This document shows positions 36,706-50,345 of a DNA stretch of 64,000 nucleotides, piece by piece. Position 1 is the stretch's first letter. Each line of letters opens with the position of its first letter. The DNA is from Neodothiora populina (Eukaryota): assembly GCF_041146345.1 (NCBI RefSeq), contig NW_027191409.1, positions 1,736,001 to 1,800,000 on the forward strand. Direction: 5' to 3'. The notes below the pieces were generated by a model. The model was not told the origin of the DNA, ran no database searches, and was given only the letters and a program-made list of their open reading frames with translations. Both the position numbers and the translations under genes were made by a program.

Positions 36706-37223
36706 CTTGAAAAAATAAGACGTGAACGTCTCTCAGAAATTGCTTACCACGGAACATGATGAAGGTCACTGTAGACTTAAAAACATATGACCTTACATTC
36801 CGCAAAGCTTATCGCAGTATGCAGCAACGCGCCGAAGTGAAAGTTAATTAACCATTATCTTGGAAGGAAGTGGTGTGGGGTCAAATCCAGGGATGCAAGT
36901 AGTTGCAAAGTGGGGTATGGCAGGGCGTAGACCTAGACGGTCGGGAGGTCCGACAACGCGGCGTGAGGCACTTTCAGCTATTCACGAAGCTGGCATACCC
37001 TACTGCAAGTGATGCTCTGTAAACTCATAACATCGATCGATAGGATATCAGGACTCTCAGGCAAGCATGAGACTTAAGGGTTGATTTGGAGCGATAACTA
37101 ACAGACGTCATGCGGTTCACACAAGATTACAGTCATACTGGGACAATTCTATGTGGTATCATGATAACAACAGTTCAATGAGTATGCATAATTCTTCCCT
37201 AGACTTTTTGACAATTGCTATTT

Positions 37224-38998
37224 TTATGTTTCATGCTTGTAGTACTCCTTGGTCCTCTTCTCCGCTTCCGCGAGACACTCCACAGTGGCTGCGTTGTCTC
37301 TTGGGACCAGCTTCACCTTGAAATCTCTGGGTATAGCGACCAATGCAGTCTTGAACTGGTTGTAGTCGACGTAGTCAGTGTTTGGAGGCTCCGACTCGCT
37401 CGCAACGATCTTGTAAGATGCTAGAATGCGGATCAAGGCAGAGTAGAGAAGACGTTGAGCGATGAATTGGCCACTGCATGCTCGTGCGCCCGCGCCGAAA
37501 GACAGATGACCGACACCAAAAGTGGATGGCTTTTCGACAAAGGGTTGACCTGCAACAATAGGCTCGAGCCATCGCTCGGGATCGAACTTGTTACCGGTGG
37601 GACCGAAGTGGTCGACATCTGATTATTAATTAGTATCCGCATTGAAGACTATCCATATATGCATCACAATAAGACTTACCATGGTTTCCTGCTTGAGCGT
37701 TGATAAGGATCATGGTCTTTGGAGGGATGATGGCGCCGTTCCAGTTGACCTCGGTCACAGTCTTTCTTGGGAGAGACATGGAACTGACGGTGTAATATCT
37801 CCCGGCTTCCTTGATGATGGCATTGAGATAGGGCACCTTCTCGTCCTGAAAGCTGTTCTCCCATGCGTCGCTGATGTTGGGATAGTAGCGCTTGATATCC
37901 TCGTATGCTCTGTCCTGCCAGATTTGACCTTCAGGTGTCGAAAGGGAACCGATGCAAGAAGTCAGGGTTCCAGGGATGGTCTCGAAACCTCCAGAGACTA
38001 GTGATAGACAGATCGAGCTGACTTCAACGCCGGTCAATTTGGTCTCTTGGTCCTTGAGGATAGCCGCGGAGATACAAGGCTTGTCGGTGCCGGCCTTGAT
38101 CATATCCCTGACCTTGTCAAGCAAGAGGTTGAGATAGGCGTCTCTGCGGCCTCGGAGCTCCTTTGAGCGAGCATTCTTCTTGTTGTTTGGGATGTAGCGG
38201 AGGGCAGGAATATAGTCTTGGTAGTTCTCGGATGCGGAGCGCAGCAATGAGATGGCCGATCCGACGTGCAGGATTTCACGTAGAAGGGTATCATAGACCT
38301 CGTCCATACGGATACCGTAGCACAATGTCAATGTGGTGTTGAGGGCATAGCGTTGGATGTATGGCCTCACGCTGATCTCGATTGCGCCGGCCTGGCTGTC
38401 CTTTTGCATGTCTCTCACGATGCAGTAGCTCTCGAGATCAAGCATGGGGTAGTAGCCACGCATAGCAACCTTGCTGAGAGCGGTACCAGCGGCCTTGCGC
38501 TTGTTCTTGCAGCTCTCATCCCAGGGAGAAGAACCAATAGTGAAACCTTGGGTGGATGAGATTACACCGTGGAAGGTGTAGAGCTTTGGGCGGTCGATGA
38601 CGGCAGATTGGTTGCTGATGAGCATCTTACGGCAGTCATCGAAAGAGTTCACCACGACAGCGCGAGTGTTGCCGAGTCTGATCTGGAAGACTGACCACTT
38701 GTGCTTTCGCCACCAGCCTTCACAGGTTGTGGCATGATCCTCACCAAGCTTGAACAAGTGACCCGCAATAGGAACAGCTCCGGGAATCTCAGGGATTCCC
38801 TTGATGTATGGGATATCGGTATATGTGATAGCCTGGGCAGAAGTATTAGTATCGAAGAGACATGTTGCTCAGCAAATCGTGGTCACGCACCTTCCATATC
38901 GCATAAGCGACAGCGCCGAGTACCAAGATATAGAGAGCAGATTGTCCTTTTAGTGTCACAGGCAGGACAACGTCCAGAGGAGTCTTTCCCAAATCCAT
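37224..38998 (-). CDS. Cytochrome P450, phenylacetate 2-hydroxylase (PhacA/PhacB, CYP504)-like
   Basis: RPKLYTFHGVISSTQGFTIGSSPWDESCKNKRKAA is characteristic of the PhacA-like group. Also VSGGFET, KEAGR and heme motif HLSFGAGARACSG. Confidence 0.9.
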
Positions 38999-39674
38999 AT
39001 TAGACGAAGTGTATTCTACAAAGACGCTTTTTTAACTTACAAGGGAAAAACCGAGTCTGTCCTTGCCTTATATTCAATTCGCGTCCGCCAGTATCTTCCA
39101 ACCTCAGCAGCCCGCGTCCGATGCCCCGCTGCGGTTTGGCCGATAGAGTCCACCAGGGTCAGATAAGACTCCGGCCCAGAGACGCTGGAGAAGGTGCGAG
39201 GGGTGCACGGACTGAAAGAGGGGCTTGGCCCGCCGTCCCAATGCTTATGACAGCCGAGATAAGGTGGGGGCTTGCAGATCGGCTCTTCCGCCGAGCTGGG
39301 AAGGCGCGCCTCTCCGTGTCACTTTTTGTGTCCTGACCAAATGCCGTGCACAGATTGGACAATACAATCTATTGGTATCCTGTAGATACGTGGGGCATAT
39401 CATATTGTAGCAATACACTCGGTTGGTCACGAGCTCTCGAATTCACGATAGTATCTGGTGATCCTCTCGTAACTTTACTCACTACCTTACTGAACGAACA
39501 ATACCCCCCTCCGTCGGTCTTCCCTTCATCGCTTCCCGACGAGCTCGCTTGACCACCGCAGGGCCCGATTGGCAGGCGCAAGGGGCCCACGATTCGCTGT
39601 AGCGGCCAACGACATTGCCCTGCTACAGCGGTGGTGCCTCCGACTGCGCGCGACAACGTGAGAATCATTTGATT

Positions 39675-41980
39675 ATGAGCGAGAGTGCCTCTACAGCTTC
39701 GCTGGCCCGAGCTAACCAGGCCTGTAAGCGTTGTCATACGCGGAAGAAAAGATGCGATCGCGCATTGCCACAGTGCGAAGCGTGCCGCTTGTCGAGTGTG
39801 CAGTGCAGCTTCCAAGATCAGAACGAAGAGAGTGGTGTATTCCTTGTCGCGTGCGTTATGCAATTCGCTTATTGGTAGTATATCACTAACTAACAACTCA
39901 TAGCTACGTCCGAGGTCTCGAAGATAAAGTCCGTCACTTAGAAGCTCAGGTAGAACTGAGCACAAGCGCATCCCGAAATTCCAGCCATGGACCATTGAGT
40001 GAAGGGGGTGGCCTTGACATCTCCTCTAGTCCAGGCCAGATCACTCAGCGAAATGCTGACGGTGACTCTTTGGCGGGCGAGCTGAGATGGCTTTCCCTAG
40101 AAGCCACAGCGGATCGATATCTTGGTCAGTCATCTGGTCTATCATTCGCTCGCTTGACGCAGGCCGTGTTGAAGCGTCTCAAATCCGATCAGTACCCTTT
40201 TGCATTTGAAAGTGTGCCATCGAACGGTCGAGATTCGATAAGCGTCGTTGAGGCTTCTGCGCCTACTCACGCTGCTCATACCGTGCTCTACAGCAGTGCG
40301 ACGCTCGATATTGCGTCAGTGATCAGTGAAGAGCAAGCAATCTACCTAGCAGATTGCTACTGGTCGCACAATCACACCCTTTACCCTTTCTTGCGCAAGG
40401 TTGCCTTCACGGAGAACCTTTTGCGTATGTATTCCCAGCCTGAGGATCTAGACCTCAAGTCGCACACCTGGCTGTATACTATGTGGATGGTTCTGGCCAT
40501 TGGGTCAACGGCGCGATCGTCCGTCTTGGTTGACGATGAGAGTGAGTCACTTCAATATTTCGATCGAGCTATGGAACACTTTGAAGGTGCTCTCAGCTTT
40601 GGCGCCACTGCTGCCTTGAGCGCCATACTCTTGCAAGTTTCGTACTCCTTTTTCAACAAAGTCGGCCCAAATACTTGGTATCTTGTTGGTGTTGGAGTAC
40701 GGATTGCAATCGGCGTCGGACTTCACACAGCACCTTCGCCAGCCGTTCAACGGCTACCTTTGGATGTTCAGGAGTATCGCAAGCGACTGTTCCTCAGCCT
40801 GTATATGATGGATCGTGTTGTATCCATTGCCCTCGGTCGTCCTTTCGGCATACAAGACCACGATGTGGAGATCGATAACTTCGCTAATGTTGATGACGAG
40901 AATGTCCTTCCAGACATGATCCTCCCTCAGTCTACTCTTCGTCCATCTGCTGTAGCAGTACCCTTACATATATTGGCTTTGCGAAGAATCTGCGGCAGGA
41001 TATTTGAGCAGGTCTACTCGAACAGGAATCGCAATCTGACTGGACCTGAGCGGGATACCATACAACAGAATCTACATCAAGAACTGATCCAGTGGCGCAG
41101 GGCCATGCCTTTTCCACTCCCGCAGTCTAAATCGCTACCGATCCCGCAGTTCTCTTCTGCCTGGTTCGATCTCAATTACTATCAACATGTACTCATGCTG
41201 TACAGACCTTCTCCACTCTTCCCGGTTCTTACGTTGGAGAAAGTTGGTTTCATCGCGGAGGCCTCATCAGCATTCATCAGTCAAGTTGTTACTATGAAGC
41301 GTCAAGGTCGTTATGCCTTTAATTGGCTGAACCTTTTCTCCGTGTTCACGGCCACTTTGACACTTATTTATTCGGTCACTGCTCAGCCGGAGCCACTGAC
41401 GACCTATCTCCAACGGTGCAACGCGTTGCAGGACTTGTCACATGTTCTCGACTTGCTTGAGACATTTGGGCGCAAGTTCCCATCCGCCATCAAATGCAGG
41501 GACATCGTCCAGGATGTCATGGCTCGGTTGGAATCGTTTGCTACGTCTGGCTCACCAGTTACTCCGCGTACGCAGAAAAGCCATGTCTCAGGTCACGGAT
41601 CTCTAATAGACCTAGAAACCTCAAGCCAGATACCGTCCCGAGGATCTGAGCTGGGCCAGGAGCCCAATGATGAGTCGGATCTGGCCTACCCGGTTTACAG
41701 CACCGGCAACATGTCTTACGATGACCTTCAGCAACGAGTCAAGGGTATCGAGTCGCCCTCGGCAAATAGGACAAATATTGACCTGAACTCGCCTGGGGCG
41801 CTCGTCGAAGCAGCAATGGCTGACGACTTTGGGCTCTCGTCTACGCCGTTTGGTACGGCTGCGGCTCAATTCATGGCCGCCGGTCTTGGCACATCGGCTG
41901 ACATGGACCTGGATGAAGAAATGCTGCACTTCATTGGCTCTACGTCGGATGCCTGGGGCCACGGAGGCCCAGAGCTATGA
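39675..41980 (+). CDS. Zn(II)2Cys6 transcription factor with fungal-specific TF domain (Ppr1/UaY-like architecture)
   Basis: ACKRCHTRKKRCDRALPQCEACRLSSVQC, intron ~39851-39903, coiled coil YVRGLEDKVRHLE, RKRLFLSLYMMDRVVSIALGRPFGI. Divergent from the PhacA-like P450. Confidence 0.93.
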
Positions 41981-42188
41981 CCTTGACGACCGCAAGGATG
42001 TCTCTCCTCAAGTCGATATCAATGGACAGAATGAATGGGTTCATAAGACATATCGCTATTCTGAGAGTATACCATGGCTTCTAAGGCTTCATATTAATCC
42101 TTCACCTTTCCGGTACAAAGAAAGTCAAATTATCTAGATGGAGCATCACGTCCTGCCTCCACTCACCTTACCAACGGGACGAGTCCTT

Positions 42189-43330
42189 TTATTCCTGTCC
42201 ATTAGCCACGAGGATTCTGCCTCCGTCTAAACAAAGACATGTGCCATCGACATAGGCCTAACACGTCCGGTCAGCTTCTCTCATACAAGCACGGTGGTCC
42301 TGGGACTTACTCCGGCTTGGCTGCTTAGGTACAATACTGTGCCAGCAATATCTTCCAATTTTCCGGCACGGCGTGCGGGAACCTTGTCGAAAAGGTTGGC
42401 AAACATGTTTCCCTCTGCTCCCACCGGGTTCATGTTGCTTGGAACAACTATTTGCCACGAAATTAGCCTTGCTGAAATGCGGGCTTCCGCCGTCGTGTTC
42501 CATAAGGTAAAGTACTCACATCCAGGGTTTATCGCATTGACTCTGACGTACCATCTCCCGAATTTGCTCGCGAGTAAGGCAACAAGGTGATCAGTGGCGG
42601 CTTTGCTAGTGGCGTAACTCATCAAATCGACGTTGGTGCAATTGTGCATACTGGCGCAACTGCTCGTCACAATAATCACTCCTCTGCCAACATCCCGCCC
42701 TTTGACACCACCGGGTAAGTCAAGATTGCCGGCGGTCTTGAGTAGTTTGAGCAATGCCACTGATAGGAAATAGTGTGCTGTTGTGTTGACTTTGAATGTG
42801 GCTTCCCAGCCAGTGATTTCCTCATGCGCCCACATGGATTCTTGGAGTTCGTCTATCGAAGCTTTCAAGACATCGCAAGGCTTCGGTGTGTCTCGTCTAA
42901 TTCCTGCATTGGAGACTAATATGTCGAGATGCGATTCGCGCTGCTTGATGTAATCTGCTGTTGCTGCTATGCCTTCCTTGGTCATCAGATTGCTTGCGAA
43001 CCCTTCTGCGCTACCACCACGTCCCTCGCCGAGCTTGTTCAGCTCGTCTACGACATCTGATATCGGATCGCTCTCGAGAGCGGTGATGTAGACTCTGACT
43101 CCATTTCTCACAAGACCCTGTTATCAACAACATCAGCATGCTGTGAATTTCTCATACGAACTATCTACAGCAATTTCGAAACCACGCCACATCTTTGAAT
43201 TAAGTCCAGCAGTTTGATGGAATATCACACATACCTTTGCTATCATCAATCCGATGCCGCTACTTCCTCCCGTCACGAGCGCGACTCGGCCCGAGACATC
43301 AAAGAGGCTGCCGATCTCTTTCTCTGCCAT
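42189..43330 (-). CDS. Short-chain dehydrogenase/reductase
   Basis: VALVTGGSSGIG, LDILVSNAG, YATSK, VRVNAINPG, CLDGG; four exons. Confidence 0.93.
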
Positions 43331-43551
43331 CGTGAGGTAAATTGTTCTTATTCTCGGGACTGATTTGATCACTTATTACTAGAAGCAACAGATAATTGTT
43401 CGTATTGTGAATAAGGCAGATCGTATCTCAGTAGGTGATGAAGTCGATACCGGAAGATAATCGTACACGGTCTATAATGGTATATATCCAATTGCCCTCT
43501 ACGCTATCTACATATCTCGAGCGTAATTGGGTCATTATTTGTCCCTGCCCA

Positions 43552-43567
43552 GTCGGACTGGTCCGAC
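43552..43567. promoter_or_regulatory. Palindromic TCGG-N6-CCGA site upstream of the SDR gene
   Basis: GTCGGAC-TG-GTCCGAC, ~220 bp upstream of the SDR ATG; same geometry as Ppr1/UaY sites. Confidence 0.45.
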
Positions 43568-43975
43568 AGCTAAAGGGCGAGCTTTGGAGGGGCTGCGAAA
43601 GTGGGGACATTCGGGCGGAGAAGTGCCGTGCTGAAGGTCCGATCGTGGCCGGTGGTCCGCGTCGAGTTTCCTGTTGTAGATGGCGGGCAGGTCTTGACGG
43701 TAGCCTGTATCGAGGGCGACCCTGGTGTTGGGCTCGCATCTTCTTCTAGGAGTTGTGTTGAGTCGTTCGGAAAGACGACGGTGTCTTCAGAGGATTTGGT
43801 AAATGCTGTTGTCGGTACTAAGCTGATGTCAATTTGTTCTATTGCTATATGTAGAGTATGTAGAGAGGAGAGCGGCGAAGAGAGGAGCGGGCATCAGCGT
43901 TTCTTCTCTTCTTGTTGGTTGTAATCTCTGGGTTGTATCGCTCGAAGAGAAATTTTGATCAGTATGTCTTCGCAC

Positions 43976-45017
43976 TCAGTCTTTCGATGGTCGGTTTGTG
44001 TTGATGTCCTTCAAAATGGCATCAGCGCCTCCCTTGACCAACCGAGCAGCCAATTCCTTTCCGAGTTCTTCAGCTTCATGACTTGTATGCACTTTGGCAT
44101 CAATGGTGTCTTCGACAGCCTGCGTGCCATCGAGACTGACTACTATCGCCCTCATCCTGAGGTCTTGTGATTGCTCAAGCCATTCTGTCTCGACGCCAAT
44201 TGGCACACTGCACCCCCCCTCTAGCACACGCAACAAGCTGCGCTCAGCGAGACACGCAAGAGTAGACTTCTGGTCAGCCAACTTGTCCAGTAACTCCATA
44301 GTTTTCGTGTCGCCCTTGCGTATCTCTAGACCAAGTGCTCCCTGACCGACCGCATGGAAAATCCCGCCATTCTTAGAGCTCAGATACTGATTTATGCGGT
44401 GTTTGAGCCCAATGCGCTCGAGCCCAGCGGCGGACATGATCATGCAAGTATACTCGCCGTCGGAATTGTCAATCTTCGCCAGTCGTGTTTCCACGTTTCC
44501 GCGAAGATTGGCAAAACGCAGATGGGGATACTGACGGCGTAGCTGCGCCGAACGTCGCACTGATGAAGTGCCCACTACGGCACCTTCTGGTAACATCTTC
44601 AGGTTTGTGTATGGTAAGCCTGTCTTTACGACGAGAGCATCGCGAGGGTCATCGCGCAAGGGGATCGTTGCCAAGTCACATGTTCCTGGGAGCCTGGTTG
44701 GCATGTCTGGGTAATTGTTATAGTATTGCATATACCTACAGGACGTATAGAAATCTACCTTTGAGACAATGTACTACAACATCTAGTTTGCCGGTAGTGA
44801 GCAATTCTTCCAACTCGGCTGTCCATAGACTCTTTTCTCCAAAGTTATATAGTGCGGTAACCTTGTCTTTGTCTCCAATGGTGTGCAGAGCCTGGATCTC
44901 AATTGAGCGCCCTGGGATAATCTTCTGCAGGTTGTCGCGGACGCCCTCGGTCTGAACCAGCGCCAGAGGCGACTTCCGGGTGCCGAGTCGAAGTGGCTCG
45001 ACTGTTGATTCTGACAT
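43976..45017 (-). CDS. HEM3: Porphobilinogen deaminase (hydroxymethylbilane synthase)
   Basis: LGTRKSPLALVQ, GDKDK, VHCLKDMPT (across intron), VGTSSVRRSAQL, LRGNVETRL, AVGQGALG and cofactor Cys motif LEGGCSVPIG. Confidence 0.96.
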
Positions 45018-47514
45018 GACTATCGCTTGTGACAAAGGTAAAACAAGGTCGAGAAACAATATCCAAGCGCACCCGCTGTCTTATGCGATTAAGCAAGGTT
45101 TGGACACTTGTTGCTTGCTTGGAGTGGAGTCAAAAAGCATAAATCTTGCGATACTCCACAGCCCGAGTCATTGCTTCGGTGAAATCAGAGGTGTCCGAGT
45201 AATTCTCATGAATTCCTCGAATGACTATATTGCATCACTAGGGCGCCAGGTCTGTCAACATACACACTTTCCAAGGAACAGCGAGGTGGACTCGGTCTCT
45301 GAGCCTGCCGTTATGCATACAGCCGATGCGAGGTGTAGGCTGGATATCGTCACGTCGGTGGATACACCGAACATGTTGGATAACAATTTATCTGCTTGCA
45401 GGTAAACCAAGAAGTTAGAGTCGATCAGCATCACTTGGAAGCTCGCCTCGAGCCGTGCATCACTTTGGAGGTCACCGCCAGGATGTACATACTGCTATAA
45501 CGGGAATATCATATTACCGAGTAGTTGTACTGACTCCTGTCTGACGTGACGCTCCATAGACATCCTGATCATCGGATCGACATACCATACGGGTATCACT
45601 TGGCCATCAATGATACTGCCATGTACCGAGGATGGAGCTTTTAGCGACAACTGTAATGGCCTCTTATCATCTCTCCACAAAACACGTCACTTGTCGAATC
45701 GAACTACCCGCGAGGATCATGGTCATCTAACTTATCAGTATACTTGTATGGTAAATCCACGATGCTCCTAGCTTCATACGGGAGCAATTCGGAAATCACT
45801 ATTAGGTGCGGCGTACAATTTCTCTGTGGACGCCATGCTGGCACAGCATGAGAACGCGGCGCGAAAAACTAGTTTGATGCAAGATTGCTTCCCCAGCCGA
45901 TAGGGTTCTAGATGGCTCGTATCAGTCTTCTTGCACCTCTCATACCTATACGAGTCTACCGCGTAAGCAGCGTTGGAAATACTGCGATGTCGAGTGTCGA
46001 GCGGAAGGACTACCCGCAGGAAATGCAGTACTGAGAGTGCGACACCCGTCTGAAGATGGCGAAAACACCGCGGCATCACGGCAGGACTGACAAGCGTCCA
46101 TAAGCGCAAGGTAAGTGCAAAGACAGAAGTAAAGCCGGAAGTAGAGGCAGCCCTCGCGAGCACAGGATTGTGCAGTAAGGTACAGGTAGTTAAACCACGC
46201 ATATTTCACAAATGCATCATCCATCTGGTGGCCAGATGTCTCGGTACTCGAAGGGATCGAAGGCTCAATCGAGATGCAGCGACAGCCAAATCGAGCCTGC
46301 GACGTCAACGAGGGTCTGTGCCATTTCGTGTCTACGGTAAGGCAGGCACGATGCTTTGGAAAACGGTGAAGTACAGTACATGCAGGATACCGGAAGTCGA
46401 AGATATATTTGGAAATTGTACAGTACAGTAAACAACGATGCCTCGAGCATACTGCACACTATCGACCACGATATCTGCTATTGATGCAGCAATGTTCACC
46501 ATCACACCGCCAGTACGACTGAGAGACAATTGTTGTTTCAATCTACCTGTGCTATAGAGTAGGTAAGGTAAGGTATCTACCTAGCAAACTGATCTTGCCC
46601 AGGTAGGAAGTCTAGCCGAGCTTCGTGACGTCAGGGATCCGGCTCTCTCGGCCTGCGGCATCTCAACTCCGGATCGAGGTTGCACATTGCCTACGCACGC
46701 TGCACCTGCCCTTTCAAAAGTTGTGGTCTAGCACTACGTCGCCGTCGTCGCCCATCGCCTCTGCGAACCAATCCTTCTCTCCTCGTCCTCCTAACGTCAT
46801 ATAGTGGACCTCTGCAAGCTCAGACACGGAGATAGCTATCGCGAACTTGCTTACAGTACATCTATACGTATGCGGCGGACTCGTGTTTCCTACAGCATGA
46901 TGATATCGAACCTGTGTCTGTCGGGGGGCAATGCTGCACACAAACGATCCAACACAATTTCACGAGACAGAGTACATCCAACGCTTCCCGTTATAGACAT
47001 AGACAGGTAAGGTGGTGTAGGCAAGACCACTTGCCGGCACCGTTGTATCTGCGCCGAATTAGCACCATAGACCTGCTAAGCTTTCTGCGCTCGCGGCGGG
47101 TCCCTGACGATCTACGTTCTCAAAGTCACCGCATCGTACCTCAGCGCCAACGCGTCCTACGCCCGCTTGGGGCACGCTATAGCAAGGCCAGCCAGTTTTG
47201 ACTGTGCCAAATCCGTATACGATGCTCATGATGTTACAGGTGAGATGATACTACTTCCGGAACATTCGTGATCCGTAACCGTTCGCCGTGGTCGTCCAGA
47301 TGTTGTCACTTATTTTCTTTTTGTCATATGTATTCCCTTACCTTCCCGGTCTCTTGTCATGCTGTCAATTCAACTACATCCCCGCTATCTCTTTATGTTC
47401 AGTGTCCATAATTTCTTCCATTGCTCCTTATCCTAAAATACAAAAGGAGGCTAGGGAAAGTGTCAGGATTTCTTTGCATATTTGATATTACCGGACATAA
47501 CGGAAGAGCTCGGA

Positions 47515-49797
47515 ATGGACCCCGAGAAGGACAACACTTCTATTGATCCGCCTCCAACACCGCAGACTTCTCAGTCTTCTGGTGATCAGACTTTCCAGAC
47601 CACGTCAGCCCCCCAGACGTCCACAGAAACCCAGACTGGAGCCCCAGATGTGAGTGACAATCGCCATCGACTAGCCGTGTGAGATATATAGCCAATCTGT
47701 TTCATCTTAGCTTCGATCACCGATACAATCTCCAAATGGGCGTGGTAGACCGCGAGCCAGCACCACGGGTGCGGCGACGAGCGCCAGAGAGGGTGCCCGG
47801 GAGGGCTGGGCCCAAGATTTTGCATCACCTCGAAGGAGCAACACCGAGACGATGAGGTCACCGAGAAGAAGAGGCACTGCAGCCACAGATGCTTCTGAAG
47901 TTCCGACGATCACTGTTGACCGCACGCAGTCGTCCTTGCGCCGCAGAAACACTAGTCGTCAAAGCGGCAGTGTACTCCAGCCTATGGCGTCCAATGCGTC
48001 GAGGGCCTCTCGCGCTTCGAGAAGATCGAATTTTACCCTCGCTGGTCCTGAGGACAACATGCAATTACGGACAGCTCATGCACCCTTTGTGCATCCAGGA
48101 TATGCTGACCTCAATCCCGAGTATGAACAACCCGCCAACACGAAGCCAGTATGGTCGCTGGCGAAGCCACTCCCCCGTGTCATTCGACCAGGAATGGTAC
48201 CAACCATGAGCGAAGTACAGCAGATACGCAACCAGCTGCCGGGGGAGAATGCGGCGAATGAGGGTATGAATGTTGACCCTGACGATCTCGAGAAAGGTAA
48301 AATCCAGAAAACACTTGACCCCAGCAAACTCTCGGCCCAGCTCAAAGATGCCAGAGCACAAAGGGAACACAACTTCCTCCAAAACCACACGGGTACAACC
48401 CGCACCCGAGGGTCGCGACCGTCCCGGCTCCAATCCACTTCGCAAACTGGCTCGCGCTTTTCGTCGCGACGACTGAGGCGACGATCAACATGGGCGCCAG
48501 ACGACCTTCCCGTGGGTCCTATGGACGAAGATGTGGAGCAGGACGATGGCACTCAGACGGTGGACGAGGGAGATGCTTCACAGGCACGCCCTCCCAGGCC
48601 GTCGGCAGTGGGCACACGTCCTGGGCTCACGCCCATTCGGGAGCGATCGCGTGAACCATCCTACACGCCTGATGACCCTTACAACGAGCAGCTCTTTGAC
48701 GACGGCGGATCCCTGACGACTCTCGGAGACGATGATATGCCTGGAGAAGGTGAGACGGAACCAATTGTAGAGAACATTATCGAAGAAGAGGTCCACAATC
48801 ATCATACCTCGTGGTCGGTAATACGAACGCAGTATCGGGAGTTTCTGGGAGAGATCTTAGGGGTGAGTACTTTTGATCTTTGCATGTTTTTTACTTCCAG
48901 GGATATAGGTCATTGACTTTTATCTTTCAGGTCATCGTACAACTCAGTCTTGGCTTCTGCTCCGACCTCTCCGTCACCTGTGCCAACGCGGGCAATCCCA
49001 ACACTACAGAGTGGGCGTGGGGATTTGCGACCATGGCTGCCATTTACGTGGCTGGTGGTATATCTGGTGCACATTTCAATCCTGCAGTGACCATTGTTCT
49101 GTACATCTACCGTGGATTTCCGAAGAGCAAAATGCCGTCATACTTTATTGCGCAGTTTCTGGGTGCATTCATCGCAGCATATATCGCTTACGGTCTATAT
49201 CTCGCATCAATACACCACTATCTCGAAACCAACGATGCTTCGGGCATCATTAACTCCTTTGTCACGAACCAGCGGTACACATTCATCGATGCAGCTACCG
49301 CTTTTTTCAATGAATTTTACGGCACGCTGATACTCGTCGTGGTCATCCTGGCACTCGGTGACGACTCCAATGCGCCCCCTGGTGCAGGTATGAACGCGTT
49401 CATCGTCGGACTTACTGTGACCTTGACATCAATCGCTTTTGCATACCAAACAGGAGCCGCACTGAACCCATCCAGAGACTTCGGCCCTCGTCTTGCTCTC
49501 CTATCGCTTGGCTATGGCAAAGAACTCTTCACGAACGCATATTGGTTCTACGGTCCGTGGTGCGGTGCCATATCTGGTGCATGCGTTGGCGCCGCAGTTT
49601 ACGACATTATGGTCTTCACTGGCGGCGAGTCGCCCATCAACTACCCCTGGACGCGGACGAAAAGAGCAGCACACAAGAGCAAGAGGAAGTGGCTGTGGAA
49701 ATTCCACCTCACCAAGAAAGAACCGTCGGAGGACGTCCCTATCGAAACCATTTCACCCCAGATGCAAATGCAACCACCACCGGAGTATCAGTATTGA
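47515..49797 (+). CDS. Aquaglyceroporin (MIP family) with long N-terminal extension
   Basis: REFLGEILG, GGISGAHFNPAVT, ALNPSRDFGPR, GGESPINYP; introns ~47650-47710 and ~48863-48930. Confidence 0.93.
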
Positions 49798-50104
49798 TTG
49801 TCTCCTGGGTTCCAGCATTTTCCGCGATGATTTACGAGTTGCATAAGTGGTTGTTGTTCTATGATTAGCGACATGGGCCGGCCTTTGATTTTTATGTGCG
49901 AGGACAGCGACGATCGGAGACACAGTCCGGCAGAGACCAGATGTACAAGTAGAACACCATAGACGACTCACGTAGACTGATAACGATGACAAAGCAAAGG
50001 ACTAGTGCAAAGCTCGACGGACGGTGAACCTTCTCTGATATACACGATGTGACATTTCACAGCTCGGTAGACTGACTTGACGGCATCTGGTCCATGACGC
50101 TACC

Positions 50105-50345
50105 TCAGTAGGTACCTACTGTACTGTACACCCTTGATCCCGTGAGCCCTGAAGTGAACATGTACTGTATACAGTACAGACAGACGACTACCTTAGGAAG
50201 ATCTTGGGTTTGGTCTGTAAGATGCGCGCAGATAATGAGGAGGATTTTCGTCAGATTCCCGGTTTTGTAGAAGTGTCTTTCGGCAGCACCCAGGTTACAG
50301 TACTGTACTGTACAGGTACCGTACACGGGTACGGTATACAGTATG
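50105..50345. repeat. Low-complexity TACAG/CTGTA/GTAC short-repeat tract
   Basis: tactgtactgtac, gtactgtatacagtacag and tacagtactgtactgtacaggtac; similar patches at ~16185-16215 and ~46370-46430. Confidence 0.6.

Noticed and set aside
45100..47480. Numerous short ORFs between HEM3 and the aquaglyceroporin
   Set aside because: No motifs; the region contains simple GTAAG/TACAG repeats typical of intergenic DNA.
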